A stretch of DNA of 63,834 nucleotides, counting the filler, from Dicyema japonicum (taxonomy: Eukaryota > Animalia > Dicyemida): NCBI GenBank assembly GCA_011109175.1. It is 6 parts of 6 records of this genome, joined end to end, with 100 filler letters (N's around TTAATTAATTAA, not from the genome) between each part and the next. Parts side by side here need not be neighbours in the genome. Positions count along the whole stretch, not along the records: positions 1 to 29,282 come from RDEW01000079.1; 5 more parts are not named here. One strand, 5' to 3'. The notes beneath the pieces are model-generated. The model did no database searches. It was not told the DNA's origin and saw nothing but the letters and a program-made list of their open reading frames with translations. Position 1 is the stretch's first letter. Each line of letters begins with the position of its first letter. The translations under genes and the position numbers were made by a program. Below are positions 1 through 12,418 of the stretch, piece by piece.

Positions 1-170
1 TACTGTTTCCAGATACTTTGCGGATGATCTTGTTTAAGTGTCGTAGCGTAATGAATTTCCTGTTCTAGTCCAAAATGATAACGAATGGTTACACGATTGA
101 TCCGTGGAAGATCTGCAACGATATTGGCGTACAGCCGATAGAGGAGACGATCAGACTCGAATTCTAACAT
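1..170 (+). mobile_element. Possible degenerate non-LTR RT fragment
   Basis: Frame 2 reads VSRYFADDLV* (YADD-like motif); otherwise broken. Confidence 0.25.
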
Positions 171-504
171 TTTCGTCGCTCAACAAAATTTCAGCTTCCA
201 AGCATGGATAATAATCAAGCCACGCAACAGTAGAGGGTGCCTCTTCGCTTGTATGCTGGCTAATTTACGTTCATTTTTATCCTTTTAAAATTTTCACATT
301 TTTGTTCGTATATGAGTTTTGTCCATTGCGGTTGGCAGTTTGTATCGCATGAAATTGGCAGGACATAATTTATGCAATCAAACGAAAATATGTCAGCTTC
401 AATCACCTCTCTGGATTAGAAGACCAAAGAAAAGTGAGTTCCATGTGCAGAATCTGCTGGGAACAGGGAAAAGGGGCCTGCTTCCATGATTAAGATTATT
501 AAGA

Positions 505-845
505 TTTATTAACCAGAGGACCAGGGTAAGCCAGTTAATTATAATCCACGTGATCCCCGATGCACTTCGCAAGCAATGGAGATCCTCCGGAAAGGTTCGA
601 TCCTGCGCAAAGTGATCGACCTAGAGCGACGATGTCCCAGGGGTCAGAGTTCTAGAGGTCCTTTTACGGTGGGCATTAAGTACCCCCTGAGCGTTTGAAA
701 ATCCAATTGAAAGTTCAACTGACTTGCTGGACTCCATAACGCCACGCTAAGTCCGGAAAGAGGAGATCTCCATTCTGCAACTGTGTCGTGGCAGAAGGAC
801 TCGTCGCCTCACAGACAAGGAACGTTGACGAGATTTACGGCTGAT
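505..845 (-). mobile_element. LINE 3' end, family A (I/Jockey-like)
   Basis: About 80% similar by eye to 8990-9340; ends in a (TAAA)-like tail on the minus strand; carries the GGATCA/TGGTCC 3' stem. Confidence 0.75.
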
Positions 846-1051
846 AAATCATCGAATGATTTATTTTAAAGAATTCAGCAAAGAATTTCATCAAACGCAT
901 TAAATATTAAATTAATTTGATGATTCTAAAGTACGCATTTCTTTTAATTTAAATTTCAATGTGGTTTTAAAAAATTTCGATTTTTATCGTACCAATCAAT
1001 AAATATTCCATATATAAATTCTCGTGATTAATTTTTTATATTTTAGAAAAT

Positions 1052-1500
1052 ATGCCTTCAATAAATGATGATTTTTCAAATGATCCTAGCATACTTGGAT
1101 CTTCCATGTTGAGAATATAGTTAATATATTATCCATTAGATTGACAAATTTAACTCAGATCAACATAAACAAACGAATTAATAGCCGTTAATATATTATA
1201 TAATTCTTTAGGCTTTCGGGAAAGGAATACTTACCAACAATTCGGACAGTTACTACGAAAATCCTTTTGATTTTCCATTTAAAGATGATAAAAAGAAATT
1301 ACGTCGGTTAAAATAATTTTTCTTTGTTTTATTATGCATAATGTCTGCAAGTTACTTTGATTTTATATCAATTTTTGTAAGTCTCCTTTTCCTGAAATTA
1401 ATGGCCCGCTAACTGATTCAGGAAAAACAGGATATCCGAGATATAGACAGACACTTCGAAAAAACCTCGGTTTCCATTCTTAATAGCAACTACTTCTCAA
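1052..1500 (+). CDS. Orphan spliced gene, copy 1 (paralog of 20114-20800)
   Basis: MPSINDDFSNDPSILGSFH|IDKFNSDQHKLNELIA|AFGKGILTNNSDSYY after correcting two 1-bp deletions; 25-33 nt GT-AG introns at the same positions as the paralog. 3' end uncertain. Confidence 0.5.
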
Positions 1501-1889
1501 TTGCTAACTCGTTTTCTGTTTAATAATATTATTTAAAAAATCTTGTTAATTTTGTAAATTTTACTCGATAAATTTTTTTATTTGAATATGTGAGAATCGA
1601 ATCCAAACGAGAAGAAGAAATAAATTACTTTGGAGATTTCTTCCTAACAAATTTGCAAACGACATTGTGGAATATTTATTGCTAATAAATGTATTTAAAA
1701 AATCAAAATCATATATTTACTGAAAGCCAAAAGGAAAGATATTCATGAGTAAATATTTCCCATGATAGTTATCCCATGATAATTACGAGTGAATGTTCTC
1801 AGACAAGATAACTGATCAATAGGGATTTTTTCATCCAATTTTTGAAATCAAGAATTTAACGATTTATTCGTATGAATTTAAATACATCA

Positions 1890-2558
1890 TTAAAGATAAA
1901 TATCTTGAAAGCATGAAACAACTTTGTAATCGAAAACAATAATTATTTTGATGAAAATTAAATCGTTTAAGTTTTTTAAATTTAAAATTATCAAAAACCA
2001 TTTTTTCATATTAAGGTATACTATTATTTGCTCTTCTCTCATAATTATACATTCTAAAAAGACCTCATTTGAAAGAAGCCGCAAAATTTCAAATACAGTA
2101 AACTCACTCAAATTTGTCATTTTTGGTCTCATCAGATTTGCTGCAAATTTGGGAAATGGAAAATTTCAGAATTTAAACAATAATTTTGAAATATTTATTG
2201 AAAGCTTCTCGTCGATGAAAACAACTGAATTATTAAATTTTTTCGAAAAATATATTCAATTCCAATTAGCCTTTTTTTGGATATTTTGAATTTTTCTTTA
2301 AATCTTCTAATTGCTGTAATAAAGACGACATCCTCTTCGTTTTCAATGTTCTCAAGATCATTTTCAATTTCGCTTAAATTGGATGCTATTTCATTCTTGT
2401 TGAGAGTTTTCATTTCAGTAGCTTTTTCGTGGATGATTACCTCACTTTCATCCAATAATGGTGCTTATTTCTTCATCATCTATTGCATTTTTTTCAGAAT
2501 AATTTATCGACATAAATTCTTCGATTTCAATCGGATCGTAAATATCCGTCTTGGATAA
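1890..2558 (-). CDS. Unidentified acidic/coiled-coil gene fragment
   Basis: Minus-strand ORF pieces (EIASNLSEIENDLENIENEEDVVF) with host-like composition; no motif recognised. Confidence 0.3.
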
Positions 2559-2989
2559 TATTTCTTGAACTATGCTCAGATTTACTAACGGCGTGGTTTT
2601 ATTCGATTTTGTAAAAATTTAAAACAATTTTCAATCGTTTTAGGGGGGGGGATACATCTTTCCCAAGCAATTTTTATAAATAGAACAGCGTCTTTAAGGT
2701 TCAAATGTTTATCATATATCATATAAACATCATATAAACTTTATATGATTCATATACAGACATGATTTCTTTTTCCAATAATCCAGTAAAATACACCAAT
2801 TTGTGTCTATTAAATGGACGTGAACGTTTTCATATGCCCAAATCTATTGGCTGAAAAACATTATTTTAATATTTTGAAAATTCGATGGCAAGCAATGAAA
2901 GGGACACTATCTATAAGGAGGGACATAAACAAAACATTGATAATCATATTTTTGAAACACCTTGGCATTTTTGATATTCCAATCAATAA

Positions 2990-3810
2990 AAGCTTCAATT
3001 TATGATTTCCAGACATATTTGCGCATAAAATATTCGGGAACTTTAATTTTGGACTGTTTTTGTAGATGAATTTTTACAACGGTTGGAACACCTCAGGGGG
3101 ACTCTCTATCTCCGGTTTTATTTCACGTATACCTGGAGGCCTCACTGAGAGCTCTCAGAACTAAATGTGGAGGATCAATGCCGATGGAAATAAATACGCA
3201 GACGACCATAGACTTTGTGTCAGAAAAGGATCCGGAACTTGAACTTGTTTTTGAAAAAATTCCTAACGAATTTAAGAATTGGTCCCTGCACGTTAATGAA
3301 GAAAAGACTGAACACATAAGGATCACAAGGGAATTAAAATATTTCTGATGAAAACTGGAGGAAAAAAAGGGAAATTGGGATCCCTACTTGGTGATAATGA
3401 GGACATGATGTACAGAAGAGTCCTAGCCACTGCAATGTATAAGAAAATGCAAAAAATATGGAGTCGACCGAAACTAATAAAAAACCTACGAATAAGGCTA
3501 TACAACTCATACATAAAGCGGTACTCATGTACAACTCGGGCACGTGGGAGTCACAGAGATAGAACTCAAGAAAATGGACATATTCCATTCGAAAGCAATT
3601 ACGCAATTTACTCGGCCTAGGCTGGGAAAAGAGATTTCAAGCAATAACCTGTACTCTATGACAGAATTAGAAGAACTACGAGCAGACGCGAGGAACAGAC
3701 ACCGATGGAGAAGCCTGGTGAATAGAATCTCGGAGCGTGTGGCACAAACGGGACCTTAGTTAATTTACCTTCTTTGGTCCTGTGGACGTGCTTTTAATAA
3801 TAACAAAAAT
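2990..3810 (+). mobile_element. RTE-like LINE, 5'-truncated RT and 3' end
   Basis: VGTPQGDSLSPVLF, KYADD, LGSLL..RIRLYNSYIK, then ELRADARNRHRWRSLV followed by a TAA-repeat tail; frameshifted. Confidence 0.8.
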
Positions 3811-3889
3811 TAGAAGTTTAGTTTCATTTTTCGATTCGTATTTCATTTAACTGTTACTTAATATTTTTACTGTTAGTATATGTTAATTT

Positions 3890-6800
3890 TTAAATAATAT
3901 CAGGATATGCATAAAATGGAAGTTGTGTCTGATATTTGATGACGTAATCTAAGATCATTTCTACGACATCGGTGCTTTTTGTGTATTTCTCGAGCTGCTT
4001 AATTATAAGTTCTCGATCATACTAAATTAAAAAATATTTTAATTTTTAAGACTACTTTTGCCGACACATATTGCTTTACCAATTCTCTATAGTAGCGCCA
4101 TTAGATAATTCAGTCTGAATTTATTTTTTATGATTAATTTAATATACTTTTGTATGTATGATATTTCTGCTTGTTATGTTTTGTAGGTTACAAAAATCAT
4201 AATGATAAATCATTAACGACCATGTTTGATCGAAATAGCTATAAATATTATTTAACAATGATGCCTATAAAAGTCTTCTATTAGTCCTTCGTTGTACCTT
4301 TCTATAAGTTTATTCAATAGCATTTGATGCTTCCCCCATAGATTAATAATGTTGTACCATGGTCTATCTCTCTAAAAGTATATCAAAAGTTATTTTGCTT
4401 TATTTTCTAGGCACGTTATTGTTTGAATAAATTGATTTTCGTCCAGATAAATTCGAAAGTAGTTTAATTCATCATTTTCTATATACTTTGTCGTCAAACT
4501 AAATCCCTATAATTAATTGGGTTAAAACAAGGAAATATTACATCATTTAGGGTTTCCTCGAGTTTAAATGGAATTTCCTTTCCAGGTTTGCGAACTTTTA
4601 GATATTGGTTACCACCTGAAACAATTTTGGGTTTTTCTAAACCTGGCAAATAAGCATGGTCAATTTTAGGAGAATCAAAAGTGCGATGTAATTCTTTATA
4701 ACTCAAGTTGATACTCCGAAAATGATCCAAACAATTTAGCTGATAGCATAATTCCTCGAATAACTATCAACTTAAAAATAAATATCTACATCCATTCCTA
4801 TCTCATCTGACTGATAAATAGAGTGACTCAAATCGCCAGGATGATAGCAACGTTTATAAACCGTTACGGGCCCGGCAGCTTTTATAAATTGATCATTAGT
4901 GCTGAAATTATTATCAATCACAATTCCTCCATCGTATACAACACATTCGTCGTTAATTGCTATTTATCTTAATTCGATAGATACCTTTAAATATTTGATC
5001 GTCGACCTCTTTGTTTTCATACCAAAATATTAACTGAAAATTTAGGATAAATATTAAAAATACACTTGCATCAACAACTGACGATTCATCACAAGTCAAT
5101 TTTAACTGAATCGTTTCCGATTTGACATTGTAAGTTAATTTTTCTATTCCAAGACTAGATAGAATTCGGACTTGATTCGTAATCAAAGATTGAAAAACTG
5201 ATTGTTCAACCACTGGATCGTTGAAAACATAATTTCGCTAATTAAAAATAATTTTGCTTAAATACTTCATCAGATGATTTGCTTGTATAGATAAATATTA
5301 TTTGTTCTCCATGTATCCCTGCATCCAATAAACATGCAATGCAGGAGAAAACATCAAGACAACACCCATAGACAACAATGGTTCCTGAAATGTGTAAATA
5401 ATTATAAACTATTTGTGGAGAAAAATTCAGTATTTATTATATCAAGTGAATTTTTGGCGTCTTGAAGAGAATTTATTGTTATTATTTTTGAAACTATTTG
5501 CTGATAAAATTCATAATCATTTATCAGCGTATTGTCAAACATGTATTGTCTTCCAGTACAGATAAGTAAATAGTCATATGATATAAGTCCGCATCCATCA
5601 ACAGCAATTTCTTTGTCAATCCTATTTTTTGTCTTAGATGAATTTAAACCTGTTAATTGCCGTCAATGACCCTTCAACTACATTTACATTCGCTTTTAGC
5701 ATTGTGTTTATATCATTGTCTTGGAAAATACTAAATTGAGTTTTTAATGAAAAAAACCCGCCAGAAATCATTTTCGAAGCTTGTGAGGATTTTTCAATTT
5801 GTGGGATTCCTTGCGGAGATACAAGAATCAAATTGTTAAAAAGAACATTGTTTCTAAATATAATTTAACAGTTTAGTTACTTTAGCACTGCAGTTCTTAA
5901 AAACGAAAGCCCAACTTGTGAAGCTCCGACCACCACAATTCTCATGTTTATAACATTCTATAAATTGTTGAATATTATTGGACAAACTTTTTTAAAATAG
6001 CAAAGTTTGGGATTGAAATGCATCAAACTATAAGAATCTATTTCTTTTAATATTCTCTCAGAGGGGGAATTGTCTTTAAGTTCCTTGATGGGATAAACGA
6101 TTTGTCTTATTTTAGGCAAAATAAACATTTTCGAAATGAGTGGATTCAGTGATATCACGTCTTTCTATATTTATAAATTATAAGGAGTCGTAACAATAAT
6201 AGTTGTATTAATTGAGAATCTTGTGGCCGTTTCTTACTCATTTGTAAAGCTAAAGATATGGTAATTCCTCTGAATCGAAAAAAAATTGGATTCAACGCAA
6301 AATATCTTAGAATACAATGTTCACTTCGTTGATGATATTTAAAATTTATGCATTCTTTAAAATCATAATGTGAATTTATATTTTCGATTTCCTTGAAAAA
6401 GTTTTATATTGTTTTAAACCTCATCTTGTAATAGAGATATGATCCCAACTATTTCATCGAATGCCTGAATTACATAAACGTAAAAATTATTCCCGTCCTA
6501 TATTAATATAAATATATCATAAAAATACCTCATCAAAATGCTGGATGAGATAGTTTTCACAATCCCTTAAAATATTTTGGTCATACCGAAGATTCTCCAC
6601 AAGTTTTTGACAATTTTCAAGGCAGTCTAATACAAGTGGCTTTATTGAAAGATATTTAGGCCTTGATAAAATGAAAAATAATTGTAGAATACAAAATTAT
6701 AGAGCCTCGGTGACATATATAAAGTTCATGTGGTGTAGAACTTGGATTTTTTGGAATTAATCTCTTTTTAAGTTATTTAAAAGATAGTTACCATAAAATT

Positions 6801-8115
6801 ATTAAAAGATGTGGTTCAGGACATCATATGGAATCGAAATAAAACAGTAATTAATTCCAGGATATTCATTAAAAACGTGCCACATGAAATCGAAAGATCT
6901 AAAATTTAGAGCATAAAAATACCCTCAATGAATATTCATCTTTTATTGCGAACAACGAAATTGCAACGATATCTGATAATTTTATTTGTTCTTTATCAAT
7001 CTAAAATATTGAATTTTTATCATTTGGACCTCAGAACATTCAGATAATTCCGATCTAATCTGAATTATACGAATTAATACATTTCTGTAGATTCAGATGA
7101 ATATTTTTGTTTGGAAGTCTCATCTTCAGTTTCAAATAGTTTCTACCATTTTATCAATTAAAGTTTAGGACCTTCCTGAATGTTTTCTGAAACTAATTAA
7201 ATGTTCAATATGATAATTTCGCGGCTGATATATTTTTTTATCTATATCTGCGGTGATATACATAAATCCTACCGCCTTCTCACCGTCCTTTCAAATCAAA
7301 AATAATAAAGATTACAATCGCGGAAAAACATTTCATTTCATTATTTTGAGCTTTCAACCAATTCTGCTATAAAATAATTGCCATATTTTTCTTTAGGATA
7401 TTATTTTCGTCGTTAATTAATTCAATTATATCGTCGTTATCTTCTGGTCTATCGAAATAAAATAAAAATAAAAACAAACTTAGCACGTCGAATGTGTAAA
7501 ATTGGGTAAAAATTCTCCCGTTCCGAATAGGAAAAGAGAAAATTAGGGTCAAAATCTGAACTTATTTTATTTGGGAAAAGAGATGCTAATTCATTTTGTT
7601 CTATTAAAATTAAAAGTATGTACTTTACCGTTTATTTTGTTAATAGGAAGGATAATATATCGCAAAATCATAAATATTTTGATAGATATCTATCATCAGA
7701 TTTTTCATGACTGACAAAGAGTCGTTCGAATTTAATGTGATGAATTGTGACAAAAATAAGAATTGAATCCATTAAATTTCATATTTGAATTAGTATTATA
7801 AAAACATTTTTCCCATGAAAAATCTGATATTCGCGAAATATTTGGATATGTTTGAATACATAATATGGCATTAATTTCTTCAGTATTAGCATCATATGCT
7901 ATATTATATATATTGCCCTCTCACTAGTATAAATATACCAGGATTAAAAATTAACATTATGTTTATGAGATGGTGACTTTTTTCTGGAAAATAAATACCG
8001 TTTTCTGAAAGATTTTGAATTTTCTTATAATCTTCCATTTCAAATTTTCTTATTTTTATTCTACCTATGATAAAAATGGATTTGCAAAAATATTGTTAAA
8101 ACCTTTTTGGCTCAT
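3890..8115 (-). CDS. CFAP61: Cilia- and flagella-associated protein 61 (multi-exon)
   Basis: Exonic peptides match CFAP61 hallmarks: RPEDNDDIIELINDENNILKK(K)YGNYFIAELVE, RSFDFMWHVF, PKIRQIVYPIKELKDNSPS, INDECVVYDGGIVIDNNFSTND, NYFRIYLDENQFIQTITCL, C-terminal LPFYAYPDII* (stop at 3890). Many tiny introns; the start ATG at 8115 is tentative. Confidence 0.85.
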
Positions 8116-8989
8116 ATTTAATAAAAATTTGAATTATAGTGGTTTCCGTAGTTATAAAAACAGTTTGAATTATCTTTGAACTTATTTATTTTATATTATA
8201 CATAAAAAGATAGTTTATATTTATAACAAATTGTCAAAATTCTATTTACATATACACTAGTGGTCATAGAAAAGTACAATTTGATTTTTAGCATCCATAA
8301 TGAACTAGAAAAGATCTTACGGTTAAGTTTGGGCCAATTAAATGTTGTAATACTGTTTTCAAGCGCTTTCTGAGAGTTCATACTTATTTCTATTATTAAT
8401 AGCAAAAAAATATTTGGCTACCGAAAAGTAAAATTTTCATTAAATCTGTGTTTTCCTTTATTTTCCATGGCCACTAGTGTATGAGGATTTCTTATACATT
8501 TGATCTGTTCTCTGTTTATAAATATTTTAGGGTGCTATTTTTATTACAAGTGAATAATCGAAAATAAAGAGGTCATTTAATTAGTTTGGTTATTGGCGGA
8601 TGGCCAGGGAAATTATCTCTGACTATAGCCAGGGAGACTCGCTCGGCCATATTTAAAATTGTCATTTAACCTTGAAAGTACTTTTTAGACTTGCTTTTAC
8701 TCACATAAAAGATTAATCTGTACTTAATTCCCTATACTGAATATCGCCAAATTATCACGATTACACTTTGTTATCGATTTAATTTTGAGTTCTTTTTGAG
8801 AAGGTCTTGAACTCTGAAAGTTCATTTTGCAAGTTCATTTTTGTCTGACTTTACTTTAAGTAGGTCATTGAAAATGCCTGATGCCAGATTGTTGGAGAAA
8901 AAAGAGGACTCCACTTTAGTCACATGATTCCATTAGAATGTTCGGTTATCATTGTAGTGTTCAGATGTTTTCTCCAGTATCAATTTATT

Positions 8990-9340
8990 TATTTATTAGA
9001 CCGAAAGACCAGGGTAAAACCAATTAATTATAATTCCATGATCCTCGATGCACTTCGCAAGTGACGGAGATCCTCCGGAAAGGTTCGATCCTGCGCAAAA
9101 TGCATTGTCCTGGGACGATGATGTCCCCGGGGTCAGAGATCTAGTGGTTTTTTTTCGGTAGGAGGTGCCTCCTGAGCGTTTCCAAATCCAATTGAAAGTT
9201 CCAACTGACTTGGTGGACCACATAACGCCACGCTAAGATCCGGAAGGTGGGAGATCCCCTTTCTACAACTGTATCGTCCAGAAGGACTCGTCGCCTCACG
9301 GGCAAGGGAACGTTGACGAGACTTGACCCCTACCTGGAAA
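8990..9340 (-). mobile_element. LINE 3' end, family A
   Basis: Homologous to 505-845; ATTT-repeat tail at about 8985-8998. Confidence 0.75.
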
Positions 9341-9449
9341 GTAGCTCCAGTTTCAATGCCACCACAGAATACCCATTAATGCTTAATTTTGCTTCAAATA
9401 TGTGAAAAATACTTCCTTTTGTGAAGAAATCGGGAAATAACAAATTTTT

Positions 9450-10870
9450 AAAAAAACTGAACCAGTTATGCCTTCTATCACGTAAAATACTAATTACCCA
9501 ATTAGGCAACTATTTTATATATTAATTTATAAAATATTTTTCGATAGCTCGTGATTATTATGAAAAAGCTTAACTGGATCATATTCCTATGCTTTATTTT
9601 TATTAATATAGATGCAACATTATTTAAACAATCTGATCTTCCCTCTCCGACTGAATTAATGTTCGAGTATTTTTTTAAATCAAATGAAACAAAATTTGAT
9701 TAAGAAAACTGGACTTGAAGAAACACTTTATAAACGATTTTTAAAGTGGTATATTTCCGACTACAAAGAATGTCACAAAATAATTGAAGTTTCCTACATA
9801 TTTCCATTCATGGAAATATTTCCTAATGTTATCACAGGAATTCATTCCCACCATTTAATTTCTTTTATATGTAAATACAAAATCGGGCATTTTATCTACA
9901 GAAAATATTTATGCTTTAATTTCAACGAATCTAGCGGACAATTAAATGTAAAATTTTAGTTTGTATTTATTTTAGAATTACTTTATTAACAAAAATAAAA
10001 AAATATGACAAAAATGTCGTGTTTGCATATATTTTGAGATCGAGTTTCAGGCTCAGATATTTGGAGCAGGTTTTACAAATTCCATCTGATCAATGTCTTA
10101 TATTTGGGGGTCGAAAGTCTTGTGACGTAGCCTCATTTCTATGTGAACAAGCTACATATATTGTTGATTATTCAAGAAATATTCTGTGCGAAAGACGCTT
10201 ATATAATATCACCAGAGAAAATTTTGCACATAAAGTTTTCCGTCAATATCACCAAATTAATCCTTATTATAAAACCACCTCCAATCTCTGTTGGAGACGA
10301 TTATGTTCTATTAAATGATACGAGGTGGAATCATGTGGATACAAAATTAATTTATAATATGTATGAGAAACTTTTTGAAAGTTCAGAATCATAGAAATCT
10401 TAATTTTACAGTTTTGAAGATTTTGTCATGCGGATTTGCAATATGTTTATCATGAAGAGAATCGTGATAAATTATTCCAGTCAATTGTTGACGAAAGTCG
10501 TAAATGGAAACAATTATATGATTTATTTCCAAATTATTTTTAACATTTAAAAATATTTTTTCTAGATAAAATAAAATTTTTATGTTTCTCCTCAAGAAAA
10601 TGTTTTGGTAATTTATAAGACTCTAGATCCAGAAAGGCAATGGTAGATAGTTATAAATGTGATATCAATTGACATTGAGAATTTATACAAGTTATATAAT
10701 TAAAATTTATGGAATCTTGTATGAAAAATCTAAGGTCAAGTTGGTTTGATAAATAGATGTTTCTTAAAATATAAATACAATTTGGAAAAAAACCGTATAC
10801 CATAGTTCTAAAAATTTCACGGATTTTCAAACTATGAATTTTCCTGAATCTTTCTTACCAATCAGAAAAC
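9450..10870 (-). CDS. Unidentified spliced gene, possibly WD40-repeat
   Basis: Minus-strand peptides such as FGDIDGKLYV and STIYVACSHRNEATSQDFRPP; exon structure not resolved. Confidence 0.3.
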
Positions 10871-11317
10871 ATCAAGTATATGATCGAAACTATTAGAATT
10901 AGTGCTTAATAAAGTAAAGCAGAGAAAATCATTGAAGATCAGAATATATTGATTAGCCCTGTCATTTTATAGATATACTTTCAAACCAAGAAAACTTATT
11001 CTAAGACTATAATCGTCATGTTAAAAAACTTCTCCGAAAGCAGAAAAATATGGCCTTTATGTAAAAAATGGACGGGTCAAATCTAAACAAACATTTTAAT
11101 GAGTTGGTTTGTTCAGCAGTGAAGGATATCAAATGCGCATATTAATATGGACTATGTGGTGACCTATGCTAATTTGTGAAAGTAAATGTCGAAGTTTTCT
11201 TCTGAGGGTGACATCGGATGATCTAAGTATTAGAAGGATTGAGTCGATCTAACTATTGGGGTTAAAGAAGGGATTGTTTTTGTTAAAATAAATTTATCGA
11301 TTTTCATTTGAATAATA

Positions 11318-12200
11318 ATAATTATTACCCCCAGGATCACTGGGTCAAAGAGAAAGAAATAAAAGTTCTCATCTAACTAAGTGATCCCAGACCGACAAAG
11401 GTGAGGACGAGTCCGGCGGGGTCGAGAATCCTGAACAGCTCTTCTCATTGGACATGGCATCGGCTCAAAATTTCTGTATGATTGTAGATAATTCGATAGT
11501 ATTTGGAATAGAGGGCAGCTCGGTAGAATAGCCTCCTTTAATAGTTTCCGTTGTAGTTCAATTAAAAAGGGTTGGATATTGTGATCTGGTCCAATTAACT
11601 TTATTGCAGTCTCCTCGATTGCAGATAATTTCAATGTGGAAGATCGTGACATTTGCATTGCCCATGAAGGACTTGCATACGTCATCGTTGGTCTGATAAA
11701 TTGTTTGTAAATTGTGGCAAGGATCCCAGTTTGATCTCTAAGTGTTTTTGAGAGCACTTTTAAAATTCTCATTTTTTTCAGAGCAGAAGTTACTTTGTTT
11801 TCAACATGCCGGATAAAGGTGAGTCCCTGATCAAAGGTTACTCCCAGAATCTTCGGTGTTTTGTCAAGAGATAGCTTCGTTCTTCATAAAGACTTTTGGT
11901 TCGATACAGAGCTGTCTCTTGTAGGTGGTAAACAGTGTGACAAAGGACTTTGCTGCTGATGTGTCAAGTCTCCGCTTCGAGAGCCATAGTTCCAAGTTGT
12001 CGAGCATTTGTTGAGCCAACTGAGTCGCTGATTGAATGCTTCTGTTCTTGGAAGCAAGAATGATATCGTCGGCATAGGAGAGGATTAGACAGTTTTCATT
12101 ACAGGCTTGTGGCATGTCGTTTATGTAGAGATTGAAGAGTTGGAGTGATAGTGGGGAGCCTTGAGGGACTCCATTTGGGAAATAGCGAGATCTTGATCTT
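11318..12200 (-). mobile_element. I/Jockey-type LINE, 5'-truncated RT with 3' end (family B)
   Basis: GVPQGSPLSLQLFNLYINDMP..SYADDII..PKILGVTFD..IYKQFIRPTMTYASPSW; ORF ends GIT*; TAA-repeat tail. Confidence 0.9.
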
Positions 12201-12418
12201 CATTTGAATAATAATGGGACTTAATCGATATTTTTAATAATATTTGATAATAAAAAACATTTTAAATATATTAATAGTATTAATCAGTTAAAGAAACCAC
12301 ATTAAAATCTAATAATATCCGCCTGGTTACATTTATCAAATCACATTGTAATATTAGCCTATATATATAATTCAGCATTCTACAATTAATTTTATGATCA
12401 CTACTAATCTATATAGAA

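Noticed and set aside
1120-1139. Apparent 20-nt introns in both orphan paralogs
   Set aside because: The frame is preserved only with the upstream GT, giving 32-33 nt introns.
4400-8400. AT-rich ORF fragments that looked like large-DNA-virus genes
   Set aside because: They resolve into CFAP61 exons separated by micro-introns.
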